Source of the DNA: Eubacteriales bacterium
GTDB taxonomy: Bacteria; Bacillota; Clostridia; Oscillospirales; CAG-272
DNA length: 64,000 nucleotides
Assembly: GCA_045588675.1 (NCBI GenBank)
Contig: JAZNER010000071.1
Location: 4,122-68,121 of the forward strand
Reading direction: 5' to 3'
This document shows, piece by piece, positions 1-9,981 of this stretch; the first letter of the stretch is position 1; each line of letters opens with the position of its first letter. The notes beneath the pieces were generated by a model. The model ran no database searches, was not told the origin of the DNA, and saw nothing but the letters and a program-made list of their open reading frames with translations. The translations under genes and the position numbers were made by a program.

Positions 1-2
1 AT

Positions 3-497
3 ATGTTTGTCGTTTGGGCGCTGACGGGTATCTGGCACGGCGCTAACTGGAACTATCTATTGTGGGGACTTTACTATTTCCTCTTCCTTGTTTTTGAAAA
101 ATATGTAATCAAGCCAAGCCCCAGCCCTCGCGGTATCATGAGAATTGTTCGTATTCTTCCGACCCTTATTGTCGTATTCTTTGGCAGTATGCTCTTTAAA
201 TTTACCGACTTCGCGGTGCTTGGAAAAGCATTTATCGGTGTTTTCGGTATCAGCGGCAACGGCTTTGCTGACACGGTTACAAGTATGACATTTAAGAACA
301 ATATTTTCTTTCTTGCCGCTTGCTGTGTCGCCTGCACACCTGTAATTCCCGCCCTTAAATCACTTGCAAGCAAGCACGAATTTACCAAAAAGGCTTGGGC
401 AATACTCGGAGCAGTTATGCCGACAGCTCTCATAATCCTCTCTGCCTGCGCGCTTGCGGGCGACAGCTACAACCCCTTTATGTATTTCCAATTTTGA
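3..497 (+). CDS. MBOAT-family membrane O-acyltransferase (DltB/AlgI-like), C-terminal part; 5' end lies outside the window
   Basis: The ORF is open to the window edge. WALTGIWHGANWNYLLWGLYYF resembles the conserved His region of MBOAT proteins. The rest is hydrophobic, and a DHHW-family partner gene follows. Confidence 0.8.
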   Translation: MFVVWALTGIWHGANWNYLLWGLYYFLFLVFEKYVIKPSPSPRGIMRIVRILPTLIVVFFGSMLFKFTDFAVLGKAFIGVFGISGNGFADTVTSMTFKNNIFFLAACCVACTPVIPALKSLASKHEFTKKAWAILGAVMPTALIILSACALAGDSYNPFMYFQF

Positions 498-544
498 TTT
501 GATTATATTGTTTTAATTGCCTTTTTGGCAAAATGGAGCTTTTA

Positions 545-1861
545 ATGGATAAAAATAAAAACAATCTACCAAAAAATAATAAAACTGATTTTTACATAAA
601 AGCCGATAATCTGAAAATGCTTCTTTTCGTTGCAGTCATGCTTTCTTTCCTGCTCATAGGCCTTGCCTTTTTCGCGCGGCCGAGCTATTCGGAGAACGAA
701 AAAAGAAGCTTGACAGAGTTTCCGAAATTCACCTTTTCAGGCTTTTTATCGGGCGAGTTTACAAGCAAGGTCGCGCTTTGGTACTCCGACACATATCCGC
801 TCCGCGAGCTTATGATTTCGGCAGACAGCGCGCTTGAAAGCACCTACGGCTTGCGAAAAGAGCAGATTATATCGGGCGGCAAGCAGGACGAAATTCCCGA
901 CGGGCCTATGACGCCTGTTGACCCCGACATTGTCTTCACACCCGTTGACGACGGCTCGGGAAATACGATACAAGGTCTTTATGTAAACCGAGATACTGCT
1001 TATCAGCTATACAACTTCAACGAAACAAATTCGAAAAATTATGTTGCTCTAATAAATAAATTTGCGGAGTCTGTAAAAGCAGGGGCAAATGTTTACGATA
1101 TGATAGTTCCTCTGCACTATCAAATCGCTTTAAAGCAGGAAACAATAAACAAAATCGGCGCGTCGGACTGCGAGAGCGCAATCAAATACATGTATTCGGG
1201 CTTGAGTGACAGCATAACCGCAGTAAATACTCTTGAAAATCTATACGCTCACAACTCCGAATATCTCTACTACCGCACCGACCACCACTGGACTGCTCTC
1301 GGCGCGTATTACGCTTTTGAGGCATTCTGTCAAGCCAAAGGTATTGAGCCGACACCGCTTTCAAGCTATGAAAAGCTTGAATTTTCAGGCTTTCTCGGCA
1401 CTCTTTACGCCGACGCCAAGCAGCCTCAGGATATGAAGCAAAATCCCGATACTGTTGAAGCCTTCGTTCCAAACGGAACAAATACGATAAAGGTTACCGA
1501 AAAAAGCGGAAATGTGACAGAATATCAGATTGTAAACAAGAAAACAGATATTTGGTACCCAGCCGCAGGTGCTAAATACAACTGCTTTATCGCAGGCGAC
1601 AATCCGCTCTCCGAAATACACAATCCCCAAAAGACCGACGGCTCAAGTATTGTGATTGTCAAGGAATCCTACGGAAACGCCTTTGTTCCCTTCCTTGTTG
1701 ACTCCTACGAATATGTTTATGTAATCGACTATCGATACTGGAGCGGTCATCTCGCTGATTTCGTTACTGAAAACGAAATTGATGATGTTCTTTTCCTCAA
1801 TGTAGTAAACATCACCTCAACCTCTGCGCGCCTGTCCGAGCTTGCAGAGATAATTCAGTAA
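545..1861 (+). CDS. DHHW-family protein (AlgX/AlgJ-like SGNH-type O-acylation partner)
   Basis: Contains the YRTDHHWT motif and an N-terminal TM segment. GGAG lies 6 nt before the ATG at 545; the listed ORF starts at 533. It is paired with the upstream MBOAT gene. Confidence 0.75.
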   Translation: MDKNKNNLPKNNKTDFYIKADNLKMLLFVAVMLSFLLIGLAFFARPSYSENEKRSLTEFPKFTFSGFLSGEFTSKVALWYSDTYPLRELMISADSALESTYGLRKEQIISGGKQDEIPDGPMTPVDPDIVFTPVDDGSGNTIQGLYVNRDTAYQLYNFNETNSKNYVALINKFAESVKAGANVYDMIVPLHYQIALKQETINKIGASDCESAIKYMYSGLSDSITAVNTLENLYAHNSEYLYYRTDHHWTALGAYYAFEAFCQAKGIEPTPLSSYEKLEFSGFLGTLYADAKQPQDMKQNPDTVEAFVPNGTNTIKVTEKSGNVTEYQIVNKKTDIWYPAAGAKYNCFIAGDNPLSEIHNPQKTDGSSIVIVKESYGNAFVPFLVDSYEYVYVIDYRYWSGHLADFVTENEIDDVLFLNVVNITSTSARLSELAEIIQ

Positions 1862-1975
1862 TCTCGTAATATCGGATTAATGCCGCAAACACCTTTACTA
1901 TTAATATCAAAACATTTTGGGCTGCCAATCAAAAGTGATTGGCAGCCCAAATGCATTATTTTCTTTTTTAAAAAA

Positions 1976-2503
1976 TTATTCAGCGGGATTGATGTCGTCC
2001 TCTTCAATAATGCAGCCAAGCTCACTTCCGCAAGCGGGACAGATAAGCTCTTCTTCATTTACAGACTCGTCAAAGCAAACTGTTTCTCCGCAAGAGGGGC
2101 AAACGATTTCAAAAAAATCATCATCGTCGCCGAACTCACATTCGTTACAGTCGCATTCGCAGCCGTAGCATTCACAGTCCTCGCACTCTTCACTTTCGCA
2201 ATCACAGTCGCAATCGTCACAATCACATCCGCAGCCGCAAAGATACTCCTCGTCATCGTCATATTCATCCTCGTCAAGAAGAACCTCCTCAACGTCGCCA
2301 AGGTCCTCGTCGAGCTCCTCACAGTAATCGATAAGGTCCTCAACATCCTCGCCAAGACACTCGATTTCCTCTGCCATATCATTGCAAAGGTCAATCAAAG
2401 CCTTTATTATTTTCGCTTCAGCCGTGTCCTTTTTGTCAAGCTCAAGGCCTTCGCAAAGTCCTTTAATATAAGCTGTTTTTTCAAGAATTGTCATTATGTT
2501 CAT
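1976..2503 (-). CDS. CD1247 N-terminal-domain-like protein with a Cys/Asp/Glu-rich run and a C-terminal zinc ribbon
   Basis: The N-terminus TILEKTAYIKGLCEGLELD is typical of this small clostridial family. It has a central CGCGCDCDDCDCDCESEECEDCECYGCECDCNECE run, and a C-terminal CPSCG...CPACG pair. Confidence 0.6.
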   Translation of the reverse strand: MNIMTILEKTAYIKGLCEGLELDKKDTAEAKIIKALIDLCNDMAEEIECLGEDVEDLIDYCEELDEDLGDVEEVLLDEDEYDDDEEYLCGCGCDCDDCDCDCESEECEDCECYGCECDCNECEFGDDDDFFEIVCPSCGETVCFDESVNEEELICPACGSELGCIIEEDDINPAE

Positions 2504-2523
2504 CCTCCGTTTTTTCTAAATAT

Positions 2524-2553
2524 ATAAAACGGGAGAGGGCTCCCGTTTTATTT
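2524..2553 (-). terminator. Intrinsic terminator after efp
   Basis: Hairpin ACGGGAG-aggg-CTCCCGT is extended by A/T pairs, with a T-rich tail on the minus strand. Confidence 0.6.
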
Positions 2554-2564
2554 TGCTGCTTGAA

Positions 2565-3122
2565 TTATGCGCGGGAGAGATATTCTCCTGTACGTGTATC
2601 AATCTTAAGCATATCGCCAACATTGATGAAAAGCGGAACCTTGATAACTGCTCCTGTTTCAAGAGTTGCGGGCTTAAGCGCGTTAGTTGCTGTGTTGCCT
2701 GCAAAGCCGGGGTCTGTTTCAGTAACCTCAAGCTCTACAAATGTGGGGGGCTCTACGCCAAACACATTGCCCTTGTAGGAAATGATTTTGCACATCATCT
2801 CTTCCTTAACAAACTTAAAAGCGTCACCAAGCTTGTCGCTGTTGAGAGGAAGCATATCGAATGTTTCCATATCCATAAAGTAATAAAGGTCACCATCGTT
2901 GTAGGAATACTGCATATCCTTTCTCTCGATATAAGCATTCTCATACTTATCTGTAGGGCTGAATGTCTTTTCGATTACACCGCCTGTAATAACATTCTTA
3001 AGCTTTGTACGAACAAAAGCTGCTCCCTTGCCTGGCTTTACGTGCTGGAATTCAACAACCTGATAAACGTTGCCTTCCATTTCAAAAGTGATACCGTTCT
3101 TAAAATCGCCGGCTACTACCAT
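2565..3122 (-). CDS. efp: Elongation factor P
   Basis: [44 protein letters not shown] is a canonical EF-P N-terminus. I chose the internal Met at 3122; the ORF is open to 3146. Confidence 0.95.
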   Translation of the reverse strand: MVVAGDFKNGITFEMEGNVYQVVEFQHVKPGKGAAFVRTKLKNVITGGVIEKTFSPTDKYENAYIERKDMQYSYNDGDLYYFMDMETFDMLPLNSDKLGDAFKFVKEEMMCKIISYKGNVFGVEPPTFVELEVTETDPGFAGNTATNALKPATLETGAVIKVPLFINVGDMLKIDTRTGEYLSRA

Positions 3123-3352
3123 ATTAGAATTACCTCCAAAACACAAAATTTGCGCATTTTTATATTATTTTGCCGCTCCCGGCAAATTTGTGCGCGAGTG
3201 TGTATATTTTTCATTTCATTATATAACAAAATCAGTTTTTTTTCAAGTGGTGTATCAAGGTTTTTTGTAAATTTTTTGTAACTTACGCGTTTTTTGAGCA
3301 TATTTTTATAATTACAAGCTCAAAAAGCGGATTTTCAGCCAAAAAAATCAAG

Positions 3353-3901
3353 TTACACCTTGCGGGACGCGATAACCTTACCGCCAAAATCCTTAATCTC
3401 AATCACACCGTTTTCATAAGTGGCAAAGCTTCTTGGATTATTCCCTTTAGGCAGACTTACAGAGCCCGGATTTAAGCAGACAATACCGTCAATCTCTGAA
3501 ATACTCAATATATGAGTGTGACCCGACAGAAAAATCGCTCCGCGTGGCAGCTTTGGCAATTTTTCAGGCGAATATTTGTGCCCGTGCGACATAAATAAAT
3601 ATTTTTTTGCATCTCCGTCATAAAAATACGCCGTGTCGGACATAATCGGGAAGTCAAGCACCATCTGGTCAACCTCGCTCTCGCAATTTCCCCTTACGCA
3701 TAAAAGCTTGTCCGATACCAAATTGAGCATTTCAATAACACGAGCAGGCGCATATCCTGCGGGAATATTGTTTCTCGGTCCGTGATAAAGCAGGTCGCCA
3801 AGCAAAAGGATTTTGTCTGCCCTCTCCTTCTCTGCTGTTTCAAGCAGCTCCCGACAGCAATCGGCGTCCCCGTGAATATCTGACGCAATTATCAATCTCA
3901 T
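3353..3901 (-). CDS. YfcE/MJ0936-family metallophosphoesterase
   Basis: Calcineurin-like motifs are present: SDIHGD, GDLLYHGPRN and GHTH. The start overlaps the proA stop by 4 nt. Confidence 0.8.
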   Translation of the reverse strand: MRLIIASDIHGDADCCRELLETAEKERADKILLLGDLLYHGPRNNIPAGYAPARVIEMLNLVSDKLLCVRGNCESEVDQMVLDFPIMSDTAYFYDGDAKKYLFMSHGHKYSPEKLPKLPRGAIFLSGHTHILSISEIDGIVCLNPGSVSLPKGNNPRSFATYENGVIEIKDFGGKVIASRKV

Positions 3902-5157
3902 TCTCTGATTTGCCCTTCCCCTCTTATAAGATACTTTTGGGTAGTAAGCGCCGACAAGCCCATAGGACCTCGCGCGTGAAGCTTTTGAGTGGAAATTCCA
4001 ATCTCCGCTCCAAAGCCAAACTCTCCGCCGTCTGTAAAGCGGGTAGAGGCGTTGACATAAACCGCCGCCGCGTCAACATATCTGCGGAAATACTCGGCGT
4101 TTTTCTCGCTATTTGTAATAATCGCCTCACTGTGCCCCGTGTTATACCTGTTTATATGCTCAACTGCCTCAGACAGTGAATTTACTACCTTTACGGCAAG
4201 AATATAGTCGTCATATTCAGTCTTATAATCATCTTCACAGGCTTCTGCTATTCCTTCAAGAATTTTGCGGCTTTCGGGACAGCCTCTTAATTCAAGCTTA
4301 TATTTTTCGGCAACTGCTGCCGCAAATCTCGGCAAAAATTCGTCTGCGCAAGATTTATGAACGAGCAAGGTTTCAATCGCGTTACAAACCGCAGGGCGAG
4401 AGCATTTTGCATTGATTGCCACTCTCACCGCCATATCAATATCAGCGTCGGCGTCAACATACAAATGGCAATTGCCCGCTCCTGTTTCAATCACGGGAAC
4501 CTTCGCGTTCTGAACCACCGCGTCAATCAGCCTTTTGCTGCCGCGCGGGATAAGAACATCAACAAGACCTCTTGCCGCCATTAAGGCGTCTGCGCTTTCG
4601 TGGCTATCACCAGGCTCTATGAAGCCGATACAATCGGGGCTTACACCGCACTCAAAGACAGCCTGCTTCATAATCTTGATAAGTGCAAAATTGGTGTTCT
4701 GTGCCTCTCTGCCGCCTCGCAAAACAACACAATTTCCTGTTTTTAAGCAGAGTGCCGCCGCATCAACAGTTACATTCGGTCTTGCCTCGTATATGATAGC
4801 AACCGTGCCAAGCGGCACGCGCTCACAGCAAATTTCAAGTCCGCCCTCAGTGGTGAAAACCTCACCTGAGCCAACAGGGTCTTTCAGCATAACCAACGCT
4901 GACAGCGAATTGCAAATAGCCTTTATTCTGCTCTCGTCAAGCATAAGTCTGTCAAGCATATGCGCGGGAACGCCGTTTTGCTCGGCAGATGCGAGGTCTT
5001 TCTTGTTTTGCTCAATCACATATTCTTTATTCTCAAGCAAAGCCTCTGCTATTTTTGACAAAATCTGATTTTTCCTTTTGGTGTTGAGCACGCCTATCTC
5101 CCGTGACGCTGATTTGGCTTTTGAGCACACAAGCTCAACAGTTTCCTTTACATTCAT
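3898..5157 (-). CDS. proA: Glutamate-5-semialdehyde dehydrogenase (gamma-glutamyl phosphate reductase)
   Basis: 419 aa. ProA-like blocks include PLGTVAIIYEARPNVTVDAAALCLKTGNCVVLRGG, the active-site stretch GNCHLYVD and NASTRFTDGGEFG. Confidence 0.95.
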   Translation of the reverse strand: MNVKETVELVCSKAKSASREIGVLNTKRKNQILSKIAEALLENKEYVIEQNKKDLASAEQNGVPAHMLDRLMLDESRIKAICNSLSALVMLKDPVGSGEVFTTEGGLEICCERVPLGTVAIIYEARPNVTVDAAALCLKTGNCVVLRGGREAQNTNFALIKIMKQAVFECGVSPDCIGFIEPGDSHESADALMAARGLVDVLIPRGSKRLIDAVVQNAKVPVIETGAGNCHLYVDADADIDMAVRVAINAKCSRPAVCNAIETLLVHKSCADEFLPRFAAAVAEKYKLELRGCPESRKILEGIAEACEDDYKTEYDDYILAVKVVNSLSEAVEHINRYNTGHSEAIITNSEKNAEYFRRYVDAAAVYVNASTRFTDGGEFGFGAEIGISTQKLHARGPMGLSALTTQKYLIRGEGQIRE

Positions 5158-5173
5158 AATTTTTTACCAATGG

Positions 5174-5689
5174 TTATTCCTTTACAAGAATTTTTGTTAT
5201 CTCAAGCACATAGAAGCGATGGAAATCCTTCGTGGGATAATGCTTTGTCTTCTCCTCGCCCAAAAAGCATTCTTCCTTGAGGTCGTCCGCGTAAAGCTTT
5301 TTGCAAAGCAAGATGATCTCTGCATCGTCAATCACGTGTATGTTGTCGATTTTCTCGACATTAAGCCCTAAATTGTCAAGCTTATCCTCATCTTTTCCTG
5401 AGCGAGTTCCGCAAACACCAAGCTCCCGTCGATATTGTTCACCTAAGAAGCAAAGCGATATTTCGTCTGTGTTCTCGACAAGCGAAAAGGTGTGCCTTTG
5501 AGGTCTTATATAAATAGTCGCCACAGGCTTATTCCAAAGCACGCCAAGTCCTCCCCAGCTTGCCGTCATAGCATTGGCTCCGCTTTTCTTTTTCTCATCC
5601 TTGGCTGTAATCAAGATCCAGTCCTTACCTATCATTTGAAAGGCCGACCTGTTTAATTCTTCGGGTGTGATCTGACGGTAATTCTTCAT
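5174..5689 (-). CDS. Flavin reductase-like FMN-binding protein
   Basis: 171 aa. The stretch ANAMTASWGGLGVLWNKPV is typical of the flavin reductase/flavoredoxin family. Confidence 0.75.
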   Translation of the reverse strand: MKNYRQITPEELNRSAFQMIGKDWILITAKDEKKKSGANAMTASWGGLGVLWNKPVATIYIRPQRHTFSLVENTDEISLCFLGEQYRRELGVCGTRSGKDEDKLDNLGLNVEKIDNIHVIDDAEIILLCKKLYADDLKEECFLGEEKTKHYPTKDFHRFYVLEITKILVKE

Positions 5690-5863
5690 AAAAAATCCTT
5701 TCGCTCGCTCTGAAACAAAGCAAGAAGTTATTGTGGGAGAATATTTTAGTTGAGTAAATTATATCACAAAACAGTCGTGATTTCAATACCTTTGCAAAAA
5801 CTAATTATATTCTGACCTAAAATTATTATATGCCAAAAGCTGAGCTTTGACTTTTATGATTAT

Positions 5864-5899
5864 AAAAATGCGGTACCGACCAAACGATACCGCATTTTG
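5864..5899 (-). terminator. Intrinsic terminator after ygiQ
   Basis: An 8-bp stem ATGCGGTA/TACCGCAT has A-run and T-run flanks, so it could act in both directions. Confidence 0.6.
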
Positions 5900-5970
5900 T
5901 GTTTAGATTGTTTCAATTCTCTGAACTTTTGCTTATAAAACATTTAAGAACATTATCCCGCTCGAATTTA

Positions 5971-8037
5971 TTAAGCTTTTTTGCTTTTCTTTAAATATGG
6001 CTTGTTCTTTGCTTTATTCGAGCCGGGCTTTGCCCAGCCCTTTTTATATTTAGGCTTGGACTTTTGCTGTTGAGGTAAATCCGAGCCTTGCTTTGATTTT
6101 TGCTTTGAGGAAGCTTCTGCCCTTTTGCTTGACGGCTTTTTGCCCGAAGAGCTGCTGATATTTTTCTTGCTCGATACGCTTTGAGCGTTAGCCTTCGGCT
6201 TTTTGCCTCCCTGACGGCTTCCCTCGACGCGAGAGCCTTCGGGTCGGATAAGGCAATCCTCTCCGTATCCAATCAAATCTTCTCTTCCCGCCATTCTCAA
6301 CGCCTCGCGCACAAGGGGCGCATTATCGGGGCGATTGTACTGGAGCAGTGCCCTTTGCAGCTGCTTCTCGTGATAATCGGTTGCGACATAGACATTCTTC
6401 ATATCAAGCGGGTTTATTCCCGTGTAATACATAACAGTTGAGGCAGTTCCCGGTGTGGGATAATAATCCTGCACCTGCTCGGGCGCATAGCGGTCACGCT
6501 TCAAGCACAGTGCAAGCTCGATAGCGTCGTTAAGAGTTGAGCCCGGATGGCTTGACATAAGATACGGAACAAGATACTGCTCCTTGCCTATCTTCCCCGT
6601 TATTTCAAAGAATTTTCTGCGGAAGCCCTCGTAAACCTCAAAATCAGGCTTACCCATACAGCGCAAGACCGCGCTTGAGCAATGCTCTGGAGCAACCTTT
6701 AACTGCCCCGAAACATTATCCTTGACAAGCTTATTGAAAAAGGCGTCGTTTTTATCTGCCATCAGATAATCAAAGCGAATACCCGAGCGGATAAAGACCT
6801 TTTTGATTTTAGGAATTTTCTCTATCTCCTCAATAAGATGCAAATACTCGGTGTGGTCAACCTTCAGATTTTTACAGGGAGTAGGCGCTAAGCACTTACG
6901 GCTCGGACAAACTCCGTCGCGAAGCTGCTTGTCACAGGACGGATAGCGGAAGTTTGCGGTCGGGCCGCCTACATCGTGTATGTAGCCCTTAAAATCGGGC
7001 ATTTCGGCAATAATTTTCGCCTCGGCAATAACGCTTTTTTCACTTCGTGAGCGTACAGTTCGCCCTTGATGGAAGGCAAGCGCGCAAAAATTGCACGCTC
7101 CAAAGCATCCCCTGTTATGAGTAAGTGAAAATTTAACCTCCTCAATAGCAGGCACTCCGCCCTCGCTCTCATACATAGGGTGATACGAGCGGGCATATGG
7201 CAAGCTGTACACACGGTCAAGCTCTTCTCTTTCAAGCGGCGGCATCGGCGGATTCTGAACAAGCATTTTACTGTCGTAAATCTCGCAGATTGCTTGTCCG
7301 TTTATCGAGTCTTGATTTTTATACTGAATACCAAACGCCTCTGCATATTTTCTCTTGTCGCTCTTTAAATCGTCATAATTAAAGGTCGCGGCAACGGGAT
7401 AATTTACCTTGTCCTCCGGTTTGCAAAGATAAACCGTGCCTCGCACATCACGGATTTTTTTAATCGGCACTCCCCGCTCAAGCAGCTCTGCAATTCGCAA
7501 AATAATATTCTCACCCATTCCATAGGTCAGAATATCAGCACGGCTGTCAACTATCACCGACCTTCTCACCTTATTGTCCCAATAGTCATAGTGGGCAAAT
7601 CGGCGCAACGAAGCTTCAAGTCCACCGAGAATTATCGGCACATCTCCATAAGCTTCTCTTATCCTGTTTGAATAAACTATTGTCGCGCGGTCGGGGCGTT
7701 TTCCCATTTTACCGCCTGCCGAATAGTAGTCATAGGTTCTTTTCTTCTTTGCGGCTGTGTAATGCGCGACCATAGAATCAATATTTCCCGCGCTTACCAA
7801 AAAAGCTAAGCGAGGCTTGCCAAATCTTTTGAAATCCTGTGAGGATTTGTAATCGGGCTGGGCAAGAAAGGCAACTCTGAAGCCCTTGTCCTCAAGGACA
7901 CGGCAAATAATAGCCGCGCCAAATGACGGGTGGTCAACATAGGCGTCGCCGCAAACATATACAAAATCGACCTCGTCCCAACCGCGAGAAAGCATTTCCG
8001 CTCTCGTCACAGGGAAAAATCGGTTGTTATTTTCCAT
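5971..8037 (-). CDS. ygiQ: YgiQ-family (UPF0313) radical SAM protein with a Lys/Ser-rich basic tail
   Basis: 688 aa. The N-terminus RFFPVTRAEMLSRGWDEVDFVYVCGDAYVDHPSFG and the radical SAM cluster motif GCFGACNFC are present. Confidence 0.9.
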   Translation of the reverse strand: MENNNRFFPVTRAEMLSRGWDEVDFVYVCGDAYVDHPSFGAAIICRVLEDKGFRVAFLAQPDYKSSQDFKRFGKPRLAFLVSAGNIDSMVAHYTAAKKKRTYDYYSAGGKMGKRPDRATIVYSNRIREAYGDVPIILGGLEASLRRFAHYDYWDNKVRRSVIVDSRADILTYGMGENIILRIAELLERGVPIKKIRDVRGTVYLCKPEDKVNYPVAATFNYDDLKSDKRKYAEAFGIQYKNQDSINGQAICEIYDSKMLVQNPPMPPLEREELDRVYSLPYARSYHPMYESEGGVPAIEEVKFSLTHNRGCFGACNFCALAFHQGRTVRSRSEKSVIAEAKIIAEMPDFKGYIHDVGGPTANFRYPSCDKQLRDGVCPSRKCLAPTPCKNLKVDHTEYLHLIEEIEKIPKIKKVFIRSGIRFDYLMADKNDAFFNKLVKDNVSGQLKVAPEHCSSAVLRCMGKPDFEVYEGFRRKFFEITGKIGKEQYLVPYLMSSHPGSTLNDAIELALCLKRDRYAPEQVQDYYPTPGTASTVMYYTGINPLDMKNVYVATDYHEKQLQRALLQYNRPDNAPLVREALRMAGREDLIGYGEDCLIRPEGSRVEGSRQGGKKPKANAQSVSSKKNISSSSGKKPSSKRAEASSKQKSKQGSDLPQQQKSKPKYKKGWAKPGSNKAKNKPYLKKSKKA

Positions 8038-8208
8038 TTTTATAAATCCTTTCAGCTTTGGCTTTTCGGGTCAATAAGCCTTGAATAGATGAATTGCTTT
8101 TATTTGACGCGGTTTTTATTGTTTTCTGCCTATTTCTTCTAACAGAAGAAATAGGCCTTAAAACTTGATTAATCTTAACAAAAAAACCGAAATAAGTACT
8201 TATACCCT

Positions 8209-8298
8209 TTATCTCTTTTTCTTTTCCTTTTTGATACCGAAAATTTTTCTCAAAATCGGCGCAAGGTATGACGGTGAACGAACAAGAACAATTTTCAT
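8209..8298 (-). CDS. spoVM: Stage V sporulation protein M-like micro-protein (29 aa); too short for the ORF track
   Basis: Hand translation gives MKIVLVRSPSYLAPILRKIFGIKKEKKKR. GAGGAGG lies 7 nt upstream of the ATG. It is an amphipathic basic helix similar to B. subtilis SpoVM. It sits directly downstream of thiN, as in Bacillus. Confidence 0.7.
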   Translation of the reverse strand: MKIVLVRSPSYLAPILRKIFGIKKEKKKR

Positions 8299-8378
8299 AA
8301 GAATGCCTCCTCAGATTATAATTGGATTCATCAACATTATATGTTGTCTTGCCCCGTTCTGCTATTTTTCGCTAATTT

Positions 8379-9005
8379 TTATAAATCTCTTGATTCGATT
8401 ATATAAATTCCGCCGCGCTTGACTGTAATCAATGCGCAATTTTTCTGAATCTCATTTGAAACAGCGAATTGCAGTCCTCGCTCGACAGTTTTGTTCTTAA
8501 GTGGGTATTTTGCGCCCTCAATGCTGACGCCCTTTGCAATCTCATCAACAGCAATCAGCGAAAAATATTTGTAATTTTCACTTCTTAACAGTATATGTCC
8601 GCTGTTTTTTATATATCTTACTCTGTTTTGACCGTTGACGATAATCGCACGGATTTTTCGCTTATACAGCCCTTCAAGAATAGAGAGCATAGAAAGCGCG
8701 TGGTCAAATCTCCCCCCCGTGCTTCCAATTATTATGATTTCATCTGCTCCCCTTTTGATTGCAAGCTCAACCGAGAGCTGAGTGTCGGTCATATCCTTCT
8801 CGGCTGGAACCTCTATAACCTCGTCAATATCATCGGGAAGTCGCTTCAAGGAATCAAAATCACCTATTAAAATATTGGTGTGAACTCCGAGAGCACTCGC
8901 ATTTTTATATCCCGAATCGGCACAGATAACCAAATCGTCACCCTCGGGGCGCTCACTTATGTATTGTGCGAAAATTTCGCCGCCTGCGAAAATAAAAGCC
9001 CTCAT
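8379..9005 (-). CDS. thiN: Thiamine diphosphokinase
   Basis: 208 aa. Contains CADSGY, IGDFDS and GSTGGRFDH motifs. The synteny position after rsgA also fits. Confidence 0.85.
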   Translation of the reverse strand: MRAFIFAGGEIFAQYISERPEGDDLVICADSGYKNASALGVHTNILIGDFDSLKRLPDDIDEVIEVPAEKDMTDTQLSVELAIKRGADEIIIIGSTGGRFDHALSMLSILEGLYKRKIRAIIVNGQNRVRYIKNSGHILLRSENYKYFSLIAVDEIAKGVSIEGAKYPLKNKTVERGLQFAVSNEIQKNCALITVKRGGIYIIESRDL

Positions 9006-9060
9006 AAAACCTCCCTGAAAATTGAATATGTCTTATTTATTAATTACTTATTCTGTTGCA

Positions 9061-9981
9061 TTATTTATCCCACTTATGCTTATTTTTCAGTATATCGTAA
9101 AGCATAAGGTAGCTGTCGTGTCGGCTCGCCGCAATCTCGCCACGCTTGACTCCCTCAACGATAGCGCAGCCCTGTTCCTTTGTGTGAGTGCACTTGGTGT
9201 ATTTGCAAAGTCCAATCCTCTCGTTGATTTCCTTAAAGCACAAGGGTAGCTGCTCAAGGTCAAAAAAGTCAAATCTTTCAAAATCAAGCATCGAAAAGCC
9301 GGGTGTGTCAGCGAGATAGGCGTCCTCCCCGATTTGATAAAGCGTCACCGCGCGGGTCGTGTGCTTTCCTCTCTCGATTTTTCTGCTAAGGTCACCCGTG
9401 CCAAGCTCAAGTGTCGGGAAAAGCTTATTCATTAGCGTTGATTTTCCAACTCCCGATGCGCCCGCAAAGGCGGCGATTTTCCCCTCGAGAGAGTTATTCA
9501 CAAGCTCGCGAATGCAGTCAATTCCCTCGTCAATCTTGCAGGACAGCACGAAAACTCTGTATCCCGCGCTCTCATAAATCTTCTTTATTCTATCGGCGTT
9601 TTCTCTGTCAAGCTCGCACTTACCGACAACGATAATCGGCTCAATATCGTTAAATTCCAAAATAGCCGTCAGCTTGTCTACAAGGTCGAGCGCGGGTTGT
9701 GGAAAGCTTGCCGCCATTGTAACAAAAACACAGTCAAGATTTGCAAGCGGCGGACGAATAAGAGAATTTTTGCGCTCCTTGATGTCAGAAATAATTGCAT
9801 TTCCCTCTCCCTCTGAAAAGTCAACCAGAGCTATATCGCCGACAAGAGGTGTCGTATTGCTGTGGCGAAATACACCTCGCGCACGGCATTGTATATCTTT
9901 ATTGCTATCGCCGTCTTTAATCCTTACTGTATAAAGACCGCCAACACAGCTGAGTATTCTTCCGCTTTTTATAAGTTCCAT
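9061..9981 (-). CDS. rsgA: Ribosome small-subunit-dependent GTPase A
   Basis: 306 aa. It has a circularly permuted GTPase (GASGVGKSTLMNKL, DTPGF) and C-terminal zinc-finger cysteines (CKYTKCTHTKEQGCA). Confidence 0.93.
   Translation of the reverse strand: MELIKSGRILSCVGGLYTVRIKDGDSNKDIQCRARGVFRHSNTTPLVGDIALVDFSEGEGNAIISDIKERKNSLIRPPLANLDCVFVTMAASFPQPALDLVDKLTAILEFNDIEPIIVVGKCELDRENADRIKKIYESAGYRVFVLSCKIDEGIDCIRELVNNSLEGKIAAFAGASGVGKSTLMNKLFPTLELGTGDLSRKIERGKHTTRAVTLYQIGEDAYLADTPGFSMLDFERFDFFDLEQLPLCFKEINERIGLCKYTKCTHTKEQGCAIVEGVKRGEIAASRHDSYLMLYDILKNKHKWDK

Noticed and set aside
1880-2527. 215-aa plus-strand ORF.
   Set aside because: It is antisense to the Cys/Asp/Glu-rich CD1247-like gene. 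It stays open only because the repetitive GAx/TGx codons lack stops on the complement.
8128-8157. Strong hairpin GCCTATTTCTTCT-aaca-GAAGAAATAGGC downstream of spoVM.
   Set aside because: No U-tract follows it on either strand, so I did not call it an intrinsic terminator. It may still be an RNA stability element.
8165-8422. 85-aa plus-strand ORF in the thiN-ygiQ spacer.
   Set aside because: It has no RBS and a hydrophobic low-complexity translation. It overlaps the much better supported minus-strand spoVM-like micro-ORF and the thiN 3' end.
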